From Bdellovibrionota bacterium (lineage in GTDB: Bacteria; Bdellovibrionota_C; UBA2361; JBGSMV01): DNA of 16,008 nucleotides. A program made the translations under genes and the position numbers. Shown piece after piece: positions 8,720 through 16,008 of this stretch. The number at the start of each line of letters is the position of its first letter. Within the stretch, counting starts at the first letter, position 1. The notes beneath the pieces are model-generated. The model was not told the DNA's origin. It made no database searches and saw nothing but the letters and a program-made list of their open reading frames with translations. The stretch lies in NCBI GenBank assembly GCA_044356455.1, contig JBIKWF010000103.1:1-16008 (forward strand), in the 5' to 3' direction.

Positions 8720-9055
8720 ATGGCGCTCAAATTTAGACTCAAGGGTCTCGCAGAGACCTTCATCGAAGAAATCACGTGCCCCTGCTGCGGAACAGTGGGG
8801 CGTGATGATCAGTATTTTTCTACAGAGCTTACGAAGGTCACCTTTGACGGCATTATCGTAGTCGTGCAGTGCCGCGGCTGCGCAGAGATATTTGTGCCTA
8901 AGACTCAGCGACTGGGAGTTCTTGATCCCACGGAGCTTAAAAAAGCGGTCGAGAAAGACGTGCGAGAAACGGGCGAGGCCCCGCTTATTAATTTAAGCGC
9001 AGTGCGTCTCAATGCCGAAAAGCTTAATGCTCAGCGCAAGGGAAGCCTCCACTAA
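8720..9055 (+). CDS. Hypothetical protein with putative Zn-ribbon (CPCC...CRGC), 111 aa
   Basis: Two CxxC pairs; co-oriented with the STAS/REC genes; ATG 8720 preferred over GTG 8687. Confidence 0.75.
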   Translation: MALKFRLKGLAETFIEEITCPCCGTVGRDDQYFSTELTKVTFDGIIVVVQCRGCAEIFVPKTQRLGVLDPTELKKAVEKDVRETGEAPLINLSAVRLNAEKLNAQRKGSLH

Positions 9056-9113
9056 CTGCTGATGCATTTCCGCGTCAGGCAGTAGAAAGCTGCTGTCCTC
9101 AAGAAAGTAAAAT

Positions 9114-9356
9114 CTAGCAGGCAATTTGCTCAAGCGTGACGCCATACTTTCGAAGCGCCGCTTTGAAGCCAATCTTATCAATCGTGCGAATCATGCGTGT
9201 CGACACGCGTACTCGTACAAATTTCTTTTCTTCGGTCAGGTAAATACGCTTCGCTTGCACGTTAGGAAGGAACGTATGCTTTGTTTTATTATTGGCATGG
9301 CTCACGCGATGACCAAACTGACCTTTAACGCCTGAGATGCTGCACTTACGAGCCAT
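9114..9356 (-). CDS. rpmB: 50S ribosomal protein L28
   Basis: MARKCSISG...GHRVSHANNKTKHTFLPNVQ...VRVSTRMIRTIDKIG; GAGGA RBS. Confidence 0.97.
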   Translation of the reverse strand: MARKCSISGVKGQFGHRVSHANNKTKHTFLPNVQAKRIYLTEEKKFVRVRVSTRMIRTIDKIGFKAALRKYGVTLEQIAC

Positions 9357-9782
9357 AGAAATCCTCGAACAAAAAAATCTGAGATATTGCTCCCCGTTTT
9401 CCTCGCCTCGCGCGTTGCCACGCGAAGGTATTTGCCAAGAGCTGATTCGCTAAAAGCAGCCGCTCCTAAAAGGCAAGGTTCATAATCTCGAAATGAGCAA
9501 ATTCGGATTACATTCAGGGAGTTGCAAGAGTGCCGGAAGCTGCGGAAAAAGGCAACTCGAGCGGGAAGACTTTTCGTCTAGACGTAGGGCGAAAATCTGC
9601 CGCCTAAGTAGTTAAATGTAGGGACTTTTTTGCGGATCGGGCACGCGGTAACTCGGATGGCCCTGCACGGAAGCCTTGCGGCGGGCCAAGATCGAGGAAA
9701 GCATCCTCTACGCCTCCTCGATTTTCAACGAAGAGGGAGAGCGGGGAGGCGAGGCAGACAACGCGAGTTTTTGAGAGGCTTT

Positions 9783-10844
9783 CTAATAAAGCTCTAGCGT
9801 TTGAATCTCAGGTAACGCGGCACCGGGTCCACGTCCTCTGGCTAGAATGAGTGCGCGGAGAAAAAAAACGGAAGTCTCGTAATCAACCTTCGCAATCACC
9901 TGGTACAAGTCTCCGCGGTCGGTGACGAGGCTTGAAATCTCGTTAGCGAGGGTTGCATCGTTAACCGCATTTTCAATTTGCCCGCGCATGTCTCCTCCTG
10001 ATTTGAATGGGCCATCTGGTCCCTCGCGAAATTGAATGATGCTATCAACCTGCCCATCAGAAATAGAAGAACTCAGCGCTTTCAGGACTTCCCGGGGGGC
10101 AAAGTTGATGTTTACCTGCGCGCCCGAATCTCGTGCGGTGGTAACAAAGGGCAGTAGTTTTTGGACTCGTAGGGGCGTAAATCCAGGAATGCCGCTGAGT
10201 TCACCTAAGCGCGAGAGTTCCTTGTTCGGGAAGATCTCTTTGGTTCCAAACTGGGCCTCAATGCCTTGAAAGTCTCCATCGTCGAGTGATTCCGACCCAT
10301 CGTCCATGTAGTCGATGAGGTTTGCAACCATGCGGGGGCTGTCGAATTCCTTTTCGCGAACAAGGCCCGTTTGGTCTAGCTCCTTGTCCGTATCAAAACC
10401 CAAGGACCGAAAGAGTCTGAGGAAAATATCACGTGTCTTCGGGTTGGGACTCACTGTGGGGCGCAGGGGACGCAGGCTTAGTTTGGTGTTCTCCGGCCGA
10501 ATTTCAAGTTCGATGCGCAGGTTGGGCTCGGTGATACCAAGGAGCGTTGAAGGAATAGCGACACCATCTTTGAACGTGGCCCAGGGGTCATTGATTGAAT
10601 CCTCGGAGGTAGGATCTGATTGAATTAGAAGGCGCGCCAAGTTGAGGGCTGACTTCAGAAGATACTCAGCTTGCAGGGAGCGCTCGGCGCTCTTGTTGAG
10701 GCGTCCGCCCATGTAGGAGGAATAGGTCAGATTCACCACAAGTATTGTGGCAAGCGCTACTACGAAGATTACGAGAATGAGGGCGACCCCACGTTCGTTT
10801 CTGGATACCGGTTGATGTGCAATGTGAGCAGGAACGGCCACCAT
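9783..10844 (-). CDS. gspK: Type II secretion system minor pseudopilin K
   Basis: Prepilin-type RNERG|VALILVIFVVALATILV without E5; QAEYLLKSAL; NLIDYMD; ELSGIPGFT; VNINFAPREVLKAL; IIQFREGPDGPF. Confidence 0.88.
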   Translation of the reverse strand: MVAVPAHIAHQPVSRNERGVALILVIFVVALATILVVNLTYSSYMGGRLNKSAERSLQAEYLLKSALNLARLLIQSDPTSEDSINDPWATFKDGVAIPSTLLGITEPNLRIELEIRPENTKLSLRPLRPTVSPNPKTRDIFLRLFRSLGFDTDKELDQTGLVREKEFDSPRMVANLIDYMDDGSESLDDGDFQGIEAQFGTKEIFPNKELSRLGELSGIPGFTPLRVQKLLPFVTTARDSGAQVNINFAPREVLKALSSSISDGQVDSIIQFREGPDGPFKSGGDMRGQIENAVNDATLANEISSLVTDRGDLYQVIAKVDYETSVFFLRALILARGRGPGAALPEIQTLELY

Positions 10845-10980
10845 GGCCCCATGCTACACTCTCAAAGCGACGAGCGCGAGATGGGTGTGGTGAATTGGAT
10901 TTTGCGTAATCGAGGGGCCCCTAAAATGCATAGGGAGTGTATTAGTCTTGCAAGTGATGGCCGAGGTTGTGTGAGTTACC

Positions 10981-11063
10981 GATTGTAACGCGAAGGACGC
11001 AAAGGTCTCGAAGGTATTGAACTCTTTTACCTTCGTATCCATCGCGTCCTTCGCGTTACAATC
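10981..11063. repeat. 36-bp-arm palindrome made of 9-bp units (AACGCGAAG/GACGCAAAG/GTCTCGAAG)
   Basis: Arms 10981-11016 and 11028-11063 match at 31/36 positions (outer 20 bp perfect); 11-nt loop. Confidence 0.9.
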
Positions 11064-11128
11064 TTCGCTCTCGAATTGCCCACGCCTTGACTGGAATATC
11101 AAAGCTAGATTTCTACGCCTAAAATATT

Positions 11129-11194
11129 CCCCCTTCGTGGTCTTAGTGTTCTTAGTGGTAGTTTTTTTTAACAACCACTAAGACCACAAAGGGG
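11129..11194. repeat. Palindrome made of 9-bp units (ACCACTAAG type)
   Basis: CTTCGTGGT CTTAGTGTT CTTAGTGGT (11133-11159), T-rich spacer, ACCACTAAG ACCACAAAG (11174-11191), closed by C-run/G-run. Confidence 0.85.
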
Positions 11195-11262
11195 AGGCGG
11201 GGCTTTTTCAATCTTCAGGTTTTTTCAGCTCTCCAGGCGGAGTCGTTGCTTACAGAAATTCT

Positions 11263-11601
11263 CTAGCAGAAGTTCTTTGCCTCTTCCGTCTGGCCCTCAT
11301 GATCCGAATTCAGGGCCAGGGATGACAAAATTGCCCGCGCATCGTCCCGAATCAGGCTCGAAAGGCCATTGATGATGCTCACGTGCCGTGACACTTCATC
11401 CCAATTTCCCGCTTCGATGTGATTGCAGAGTGAGCTGGCAAGTGAGCGCTGTTTCGCCAAAATACCGTCGTATGAGCCCAGGCGTTCAAAAACTTCCTGA
11501 GGCACATTCTCTTTCTTCTTCAAGGTCTCCTTGGCGCCCACAATGGCCTGCTCAAGTTCCGAAAAAGACGCGAACAACCGTTCAATTATAGTAGTCGACA
11601 T
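11263..11601 (-). CDS. Hypothetical alpha-helical protein, 112 aa
   Basis: ATG start with GGGG upstream; amphipathic helical pattern; natural composition; no family recognised. Confidence 0.75.
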   Translation of the reverse strand: MSTTIIERLFASFSELEQAIVGAKETLKKKENVPQEVFERLGSYDGILAKQRSLASSLCNHIEAGNWDEVSRHVSIINGLSSLIRDDARAILSSLALNSDHEGQTEEAKNFC

Positions 11602-11892
11602 GTTAACCCCATCGAAGTAGTTCCTTTGCGTAGTTCGTAACCAATAACTGGTTTCGATTCGTCCCTCACTGCCTCATGCAATCAGGGAGCTACTAGGCAA
11701 GCTCGTTCCGTTGGGCATTCCATTGCTTGTTTCTTTTTGCCCTCGATCGGTTCACCCCAAATAAGGCCTGGGCGAAAACTTCTCTTCGGGAAAAAAGACG
11801 AAAACCGGAAACTCCATGTATACCAATTCCTCGCTTCGCCAACTTTCAAGCGCCAATCCTTTGCTGCGCTCCCAATCCCCCGGGTATAGACC

Positions 11893-11934
11893 GCTCGGTA
11901 TCGGGCGCTCAGTATCGGGTGCTCTGTATCGGGC
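11893..11934 (+). repeat. Tandem repeat, 3 x 14 bp
   Basis: GCTCGGTATCGGGC, GCTCAGTATCGGGT, GCTCTGTATCGGGC. Confidence 0.85.
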
Positions 11935-12044
11935 CCCACCAAGAGAGGCCTCTCATGACGAAGAGGAACAGGTCCGGTTCTCGCTAGTATGAAGCGTGAG
12001 CTCCAAACTTCAGTACCGATTGCTCAGGTACTAGGGAGGCTAAA

Positions 12045-12061
12045 AGCAAGGCTCTTGCCAA
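12045..12061 (-). promoter_or_regulatory. Candidate sigma54 (-24/-12) promoter firing leftward
   Basis: Minus strand TTGGCAAGAGCCTTGCT: GG-N10-GC spacing with TGGCA and TTGCT boxes; intergenic. Confidence 0.55.
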
Positions 12062-12305
12062 CCCTAAGTAGTGGAAACGACTCTGCCTCTCCTGGTTAGC
12101 ACCTGTCGTAAGTTCGCACAACTGACGTTCCTTCGGACAGGTCGCCTAACAAGACGGACTATAAACCGCGGTTTGCCGCAAACGCTCCAACAAGTATTTC
12201 GCAATCGTGTGTTTCGATTGGACATCTCATACTCGTATTCAAACTCATCGAGCTGCCCCTTCGCGATCGGATGTCTGGGGAAGGCTCGAGCTTAAGGTGT
12301 CAATC

Positions 12306-13529
12306 ATGACGATTTCTTTTGATGTGCCTGATTCCATGTCGAGTAAGGAGGTCAAGGCGCAGCGAGAGGCGCACAGTGACCTCTACTCGGAAGAAAAAAT
12401 CCGAGAGATTGCAAAAGTTGATGGCCTTGCCGGCATCCCGGTGCTCGACCAGCAGGTGGCCGCTCCCTTTGAAAGCGAGCTCACCTTCTCGTTTGAGGGA
12501 CTCGCCAGCTCCATTGCGGCCCGCTACAAGGGGCCCCTCGAGCGGCTTGACGCCGCGATACGCGCTGAGAACGACTTTGTTGAGAAAGAATTTAAGACCG
12601 AGCTTGAGCGAATTGAAGCTCGCTATCTTGCCGAGAAGGTTTCTGCCGAGAATGCGTTTGGGATTGCCGACTCGCATAAGCAGCTTGAGCTCTTTGAAAC
12701 GCATTACCATGCGATTAGAGATCGGCTCGGTAGGGGACCGATTGAGTATATCCCCGAGTGGCTGTATTGGGTCTTTGCGTTCCTTATTTTTGTCGGGGAA
12801 ATTCCGCTAAATGCCTTAGTCTTTCAGATTTTTGGTGAGAATCAGGTAATGACCTGGGTGATGGCCTTCATTATCGGCCTCTCCATTCCGCTTACGGCTC
12901 ACTTTGTCGGAGTGAAATTTCGTGAGAAAGGCGCGGGAAACGCCCTTGGTAACTTCATTAAGGGGGCCCTTGCCCTCGCGGTGGTAACCGCAGCTCTCTA
13001 TGGGCTTTCCATAATGCGAACGACCTATTTAGGAGAGATGAAAGAGCAGCTTGGTCTTACCGAGGCGCTTGTGCAGAGTAGCTTTATGTTTTTCTATCTC
13101 AATCTTGCAGTGCTCGGAGCTGCGATAATGATTTCCTATTTGGCGCATGATCCCGAACCTGGTTTTCAGGCCGCGCGAGATGAAGTGGAACGCGCTCGTC
13201 AGCAAGTGGAGGAGTACGAAAGTCAGCGAGTATATAAGCTAAAAGAGTGTGCTGATACCCGCTCCGAGGAACTCCATAAGGCGAATCAGGCTCATCGAGA
13301 CGGCGTGTCCCGTGTGATTAATCTCAAGGGACAGTTCGACCAGCTGCTTAAAGAGGGACAAGAGCAGGAGTCTCGCTGCCTTGACCGGTTGCGCAGAGAT
13401 GTGTCCTCGTATCGGGCGGAGAATTTACGTGCGCGAGAGTCAAAGGTAATGCCAAAATCCTTTGAGGTATTCCCTTTGTTTACGCTAGAACTTCAGAAGT
13501 TTTCGGAGAAACTTCACAATGATGCTTAA
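12306..13529 (+). CDS. Uncharacterised membrane protein: N-terminal coiled coil, about 4 TM helices, C-terminal coiled coil (407 aa)
   Basis: ATG 12306 preceded by AAGGTG. Hydrophobic segments WLYWVFAFLIFVGEIPLNALVF, WVMAFIIGLSIPLTAHFVG, GALALAVVTAALYGLSIM and FMFFYLNLAVLGAAIMISYL; E/K/R-rich flanks. Confidence 0.85.
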   Translation: MTISFDVPDSMSSKEVKAQREAHSDLYSEEKIREIAKVDGLAGIPVLDQQVAAPFESELTFSFEGLASSIAARYKGPLERLDAAIRAENDFVEKEFKTELERIEARYLAEKVSAENAFGIADSHKQLELFETHYHAIRDRLGRGPIEYIPEWLYWVFAFLIFVGEIPLNALVFQIFGENQVMTWVMAFIIGLSIPLTAHFVGVKFREKGAGNALGNFIKGALALAVVTAALYGLSIMRTTYLGEMKEQLGLTEALVQSSFMFFYLNLAVLGAAIMISYLAHDPEPGFQAARDEVERARQQVEEYESQRVYKLKECADTRSEELHKANQAHRDGVSRVINLKGQFDQLLKEGQEQESRCLDRLRRDVSSYRAENLRARESKVMPKSFEVFPLFTLELQKFSEKLHNDA

Positions 13530-14274
13530 GAAAAGTTTTAATTGCTTGAAGGGTGTACAGGCCTATGGACTCGCGGCCTTGGTGGCCTTTGCGTTCTACG
13601 CTGTTCCAGCCTTGGCCCAAGTACCGTGCGTGAAACACGATCCATACCATGCAGTTACCTATTTGCTCGTCGATAGAAGCGACCCGGCAGGAAACTTAAG
13701 TGCGCTCGAGCAGACTCTTCATTCTGTTGAGGAGGCGATAGCCCCTGGAGAGAGGCTTATAGTGGGAGTGTCCGTAGGCTCGGCCGCAGATACGCGGGTA
13801 GTGATGGATGTAGTTAAGCCTGAGCCATCAGTGTGGGAATCTGCGCTTAAGGTTAGAGCCAAAGAGAAAGCGTTTAAAGATTGCCTTTCAGCCACCAAGT
13901 CCGGAATTACGGGGTCCTCGGAAACAGCGAAGCATTCTGCACTTCTGGAGACACTTTCCTTTGTAAGCTCAGTGCTCATGGCTGGCCCCGAGATCCCGTC
14001 GCGTAGGCTCGTGATGTTTTCTGATATGATTCAGAATACGCCCGAGCTCTCGTTTTGGGGCAGCAGCCAGGTAGTTCCGAAGCTGGCTCTTCAAAAGGTA
14101 GAGAAAGACAACTTGCTCCCCAATCTTAAGGGCGTCGCCGTCTATGTGGCGGGGGCGGGAGGGGGACTCCCCGCAGCTAAAGCTCAGCAACTCCAAGAAT
14201 TTTGGAAGGCCTATTTTGAGAAATCGGGGGCGCGACTTAAGTTCTATGGGCCTCTCTTGCTTGGGATTTCATGA
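13519..14274 (+). CDS. Exported vWA-like domain protein
   Basis: Start overlaps the upstream stop; signal peptide ending ALA-Q; YLLVDRSD, SALLETL and LVMFSDMIQN resemble MIDAS elements; VAVYVAG strand. Confidence 0.75.
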   Translation: MMLKKSFNCLKGVQAYGLAALVAFAFYAVPALAQVPCVKHDPYHAVTYLLVDRSDPAGNLSALEQTLHSVEEAIAPGERLIVGVSVGSAADTRVVMDVVKPEPSVWESALKVRAKEKAFKDCLSATKSGITGSSETAKHSALLETLSFVSSVLMAGPEIPSRRLVMFSDMIQNTPELSFWGSSQVVPKLALQKVEKDNLLPNLKGVAVYVAGAGGGLPAAKAQQLQEFWKAYFEKSGARLKFYGPLLLGIS

Positions 14275-14318
14275 TTTTTTGAGCGTCAGTCGCGTAGTGA
14301 CCTCGAGTTTTTTTTACT

Positions 14319-14807
14319 TTAGAGACCTTCCGCAGCACAGATGCGGGCGAAGATTCGCTCGGTGTAGGAAACGATAAGAGCGTAGGCGTTCTCAAAAGAA
14401 GTTTCGCCAAGCAACGGATCGGGTATCTCGCGCTGACCTAATTGTCCGCTGTCCTCAGTAAACAGATGTAGTATTCCGGGAGAATCCCCGCGTACGCCAC
14501 GCTCCTTTGCAATGCTATCAATGGCCCAATAGGAGTCCTCATCAAGGCAGAGTACTAAAGAGGATTGAGTAAAATCAGATATATCAAACTCCTGAGTGAG
14601 GTGACCTGAGAGATCATATCCTCCCTGCTCCGCAATACTCTGCATTCTGCGGTCTGCGGGGCGAGAGGTAGAGCCGGGAAACATCCCTCGCGAGCTCGCA
14701 CGAAGAGCATGGGAGAGCTCCTTATCGGCGGCCAGGCGATTGAGCACGGTTGCGGCAAGCGGTGAGCACGCGGCGTTCGTGCGGCAAACAAAGAGAATCT
14801 TTTTCAC
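14319..14807 (-). CDS. Low-molecular-weight protein tyrosine phosphatase family protein with atypical P-loop
   Basis: KKILFVCRTNAACSPLA, ASSRG, PADRRM, GYDLSGH, LVLCLD, EIPDP. Confidence 0.85.
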   Translation of the reverse strand: MKKILFVCRTNAACSPLAATVLNRLAADKELSHALRASSRGMFPGSTSRPADRRMQSIAEQGGYDLSGHLTQEFDISDFTQSSLVLCLDEDSYWAIDSIAKERGVRGDSPGILHLFTEDSGQLGQREIPDPLLGETSFENAYALIVSYTERIFARICAAEGL

Positions 14808-14869
14808 AAAATAAGCTTACTCCAAATCGAGCTATCCAGGCGAGTGCAGGATTGAAGGGAACTACTTAT

Positions 14870-14998
14870 GGAGCCTCTGAAAAACCTCGATATTCTATTT
14901 TTTATCTCTGTGATCTCTGTGCCCTCTGTGGTTTTTCAACGATTTAAATCAACCACAGAGGGCACAGAGTTCACAGAGCATGCCTTTTCAGAAATTCC
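14870..14998. mobile_element. MITE copy 2 (129 bp), TTAT target duplication
   Basis: TTAT(14866-14869)|GGAGCCTCTGAAAA ... TTTTCAGAAATTCC|TTAT(14999-15002). Core 14906-14978 is 71/73 identical to 5739-5811. Confidence 0.85.
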
Positions 14999-15162
14999 TT
15001 ATAAGAACACGGTAGCCAAGTCACTGAGATAGCGTTTGGTCGAAGGCGCTGAGGGTAGTCGATAAGCTCGCATCGAACAGCTCCCCGCTTCATCTAACCC
15101 TTGAACGATCTCTTTTAGACTAGTTTCTGCCGCGAAGGGTAAGGGTTCTAAGACGGGCGCAT

Positions 15163-15723
15163 ATGGATACCGAAACTCTCTTTTGGATTGCCGCAGTTGC
15201 GGGAAGTGGATTCTTTATCGTGAAGGTCGCGATGGGCCTCGTGTTCGGACTCGACCATGCGGGGCATGGCGCAGCGGATATTCACTTGCATGATGCAGGC
15301 GGCACAGAGGACGCGTTCAAAATCTTCTCCTTCTACTCGATTAGCGCCTTTTTGATGATGTTCGGCTGGTCGGGGCTTGCGGGGATGCATCAGTTGGAGC
15401 TCGGTGTCGGGCTCTCTACAGTGCTCGGACTTGTGGTCGGTGCGGTGGTGATGTGGCTCACGGCGCGTTTCTTTGGCGCCATGAAAAAGCTTACGAGTAC
15501 GGGAGCTCAATTCAAAATTGAGGAGCTTCCAGGACTACGCGGCTCAGTCTACCAGCGTATCCCGGGCGGGGAAGGCAAGGGGGTTATCCAAGTAACCGTC
15601 CAGGGCATGACGCGTGAGGTGGAGGCAATTTCAGAGACGGGCGTAGCCCTCGAATCGTTTACGCCGGTTGAAGTGAAGAGAGTGGTGGGGGCTGGGCTTG
15701 TAAGCGTAGTGAGCGCGAAATAA
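15163..15723 (+). CDS. NfeD-like (short, YuaF/YqiJ-type) membrane protein with C-terminal OB-fold
   Basis: Hydrophobic N-terminus with His/Asp-rich loop, FKIFSFYSISAFLMMFGWSGL, GSVYQRIPGGEGKGVIQVTVQG...VEAIS; directly upstream of a flotillin gene. Confidence 0.85.
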   Translation: MDTETLFWIAAVAGSGFFIVKVAMGLVFGLDHAGHGAADIHLHDAGGTEDAFKIFSFYSISAFLMMFGWSGLAGMHQLELGVGLSTVLGLVVGAVVMWLTARFFGAMKKLTSTGAQFKIEELPGLRGSVYQRIPGGEGKGVIQVTVQGMTREVEAISETGVALESFTPVEVKRVVGAGLVSVVSAK

Positions 15724-15792
15724 TCGAGATGTTTCTCAAGCGCTGATATTGATTCCATTTTGAATAGTTCGGTTTAAGCAAAGGAATTGGAT

Positions 15793-16008
15793 ATGGGAAT
15801 GAATTTTATCCTTATTTCATCAATAAGTTTACTCTTCATATTCTTCGCGTTGAGCTATCTCTTTACACGTGTTTACGTTCGCTGCCCATCCAATAAGGTC
15901 CTGGCGGTACAGGGACTTGTCTCCGGTGGTCGCACGGTCTCCTGTTTTCACGGTGGTGCGCATCTTGTGTGGCCTCTCATTCAAGAGGCGCGTTTTATCG
16001 ACCTCACT
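15793..16008 (+). CDS. Flotillin/SPFH family protein, 5' part (runs off the window)
   Basis: Not in the ORF track. AAGGA RBS, then MGMNFILISSISLLFIFFALSYLFTRVYVRCPSNKVLAVQGLVSGGRTVSCFHGGAHLVWPLIQEARFIDLT; RCPSNK and HGG..VWPLIQ are flotillin N-terminal motifs. Confidence 0.88.
   Translation, partial: MGMNFILISSISLLFIFFALSYLFTRVYVRCPSNKVLAVQGLVSGGRTVSCFHGGAHLVWPLIQEARFIDLT

Noticed and set aside
9421..9438. TTGGCA...TTCGC on the minus strand upstream of rpmB as a sigma54 promoter
   Set aside because: The GG-to-GC spacing is 11 rather than the required 10.
10854..11174. 106-aa ORF with TTKNTKTTK and NAKDAMDTK periodicity
   Set aside because: The three-residue periodicity is simply the translation of the 9-bp palindromic repeats.
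11682..12295. Short ORFs in the divergent region before the membrane protein, and the GTG extension from 12207
   Set aside because: Non-ATG starts, atypical composition and overlap with repeats; ATG 12306 has the better RBS.
14750..14947. 65-aa ORF ending LCDLCALCG (apparent Cys motif)
   Set aside because: An artefact of translating the MITE palindrome; it also overlaps the LMW-PTP start on the opposite strand.

Overview
Bacterial chromosomal window (lineage not determinable; the HDOD, STAS, REC-HATPase, gspK and sigma54 content fits a deltaproteobacterial/Bdellovibrionota-like diderm, by inference only). It opens with the 3' end (domains V-VI) of a group II intron followed by a hairpin-rich non-coding stretch. 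Next come a DUF1444-like gene, a LivJ/K-type solute-binding protein, purM, a secreted FG-GAP repeat protein, an HDOD gene divergent from a STAS / REC-HATPase / Zn-ribbon cluster, rpmB, a solitary gspK, a small helical hypothetical, an uncharacterised coupled pair (4-TM coiled-coil protein + exported vWA-like protein), an LMW-PTP homologue lacking the catalytic Arg, and an NfeD-like + flotillin pair (truncated by the window end). The most notable non-coding signal is two copies of a ~128-bp MITE with IS5-like ends and different 4-bp target duplications. Each carries a palindrome built of 9-bp units, and two further palindromes with the same 9-bp architecture but different sequence lie upstream of gspK.
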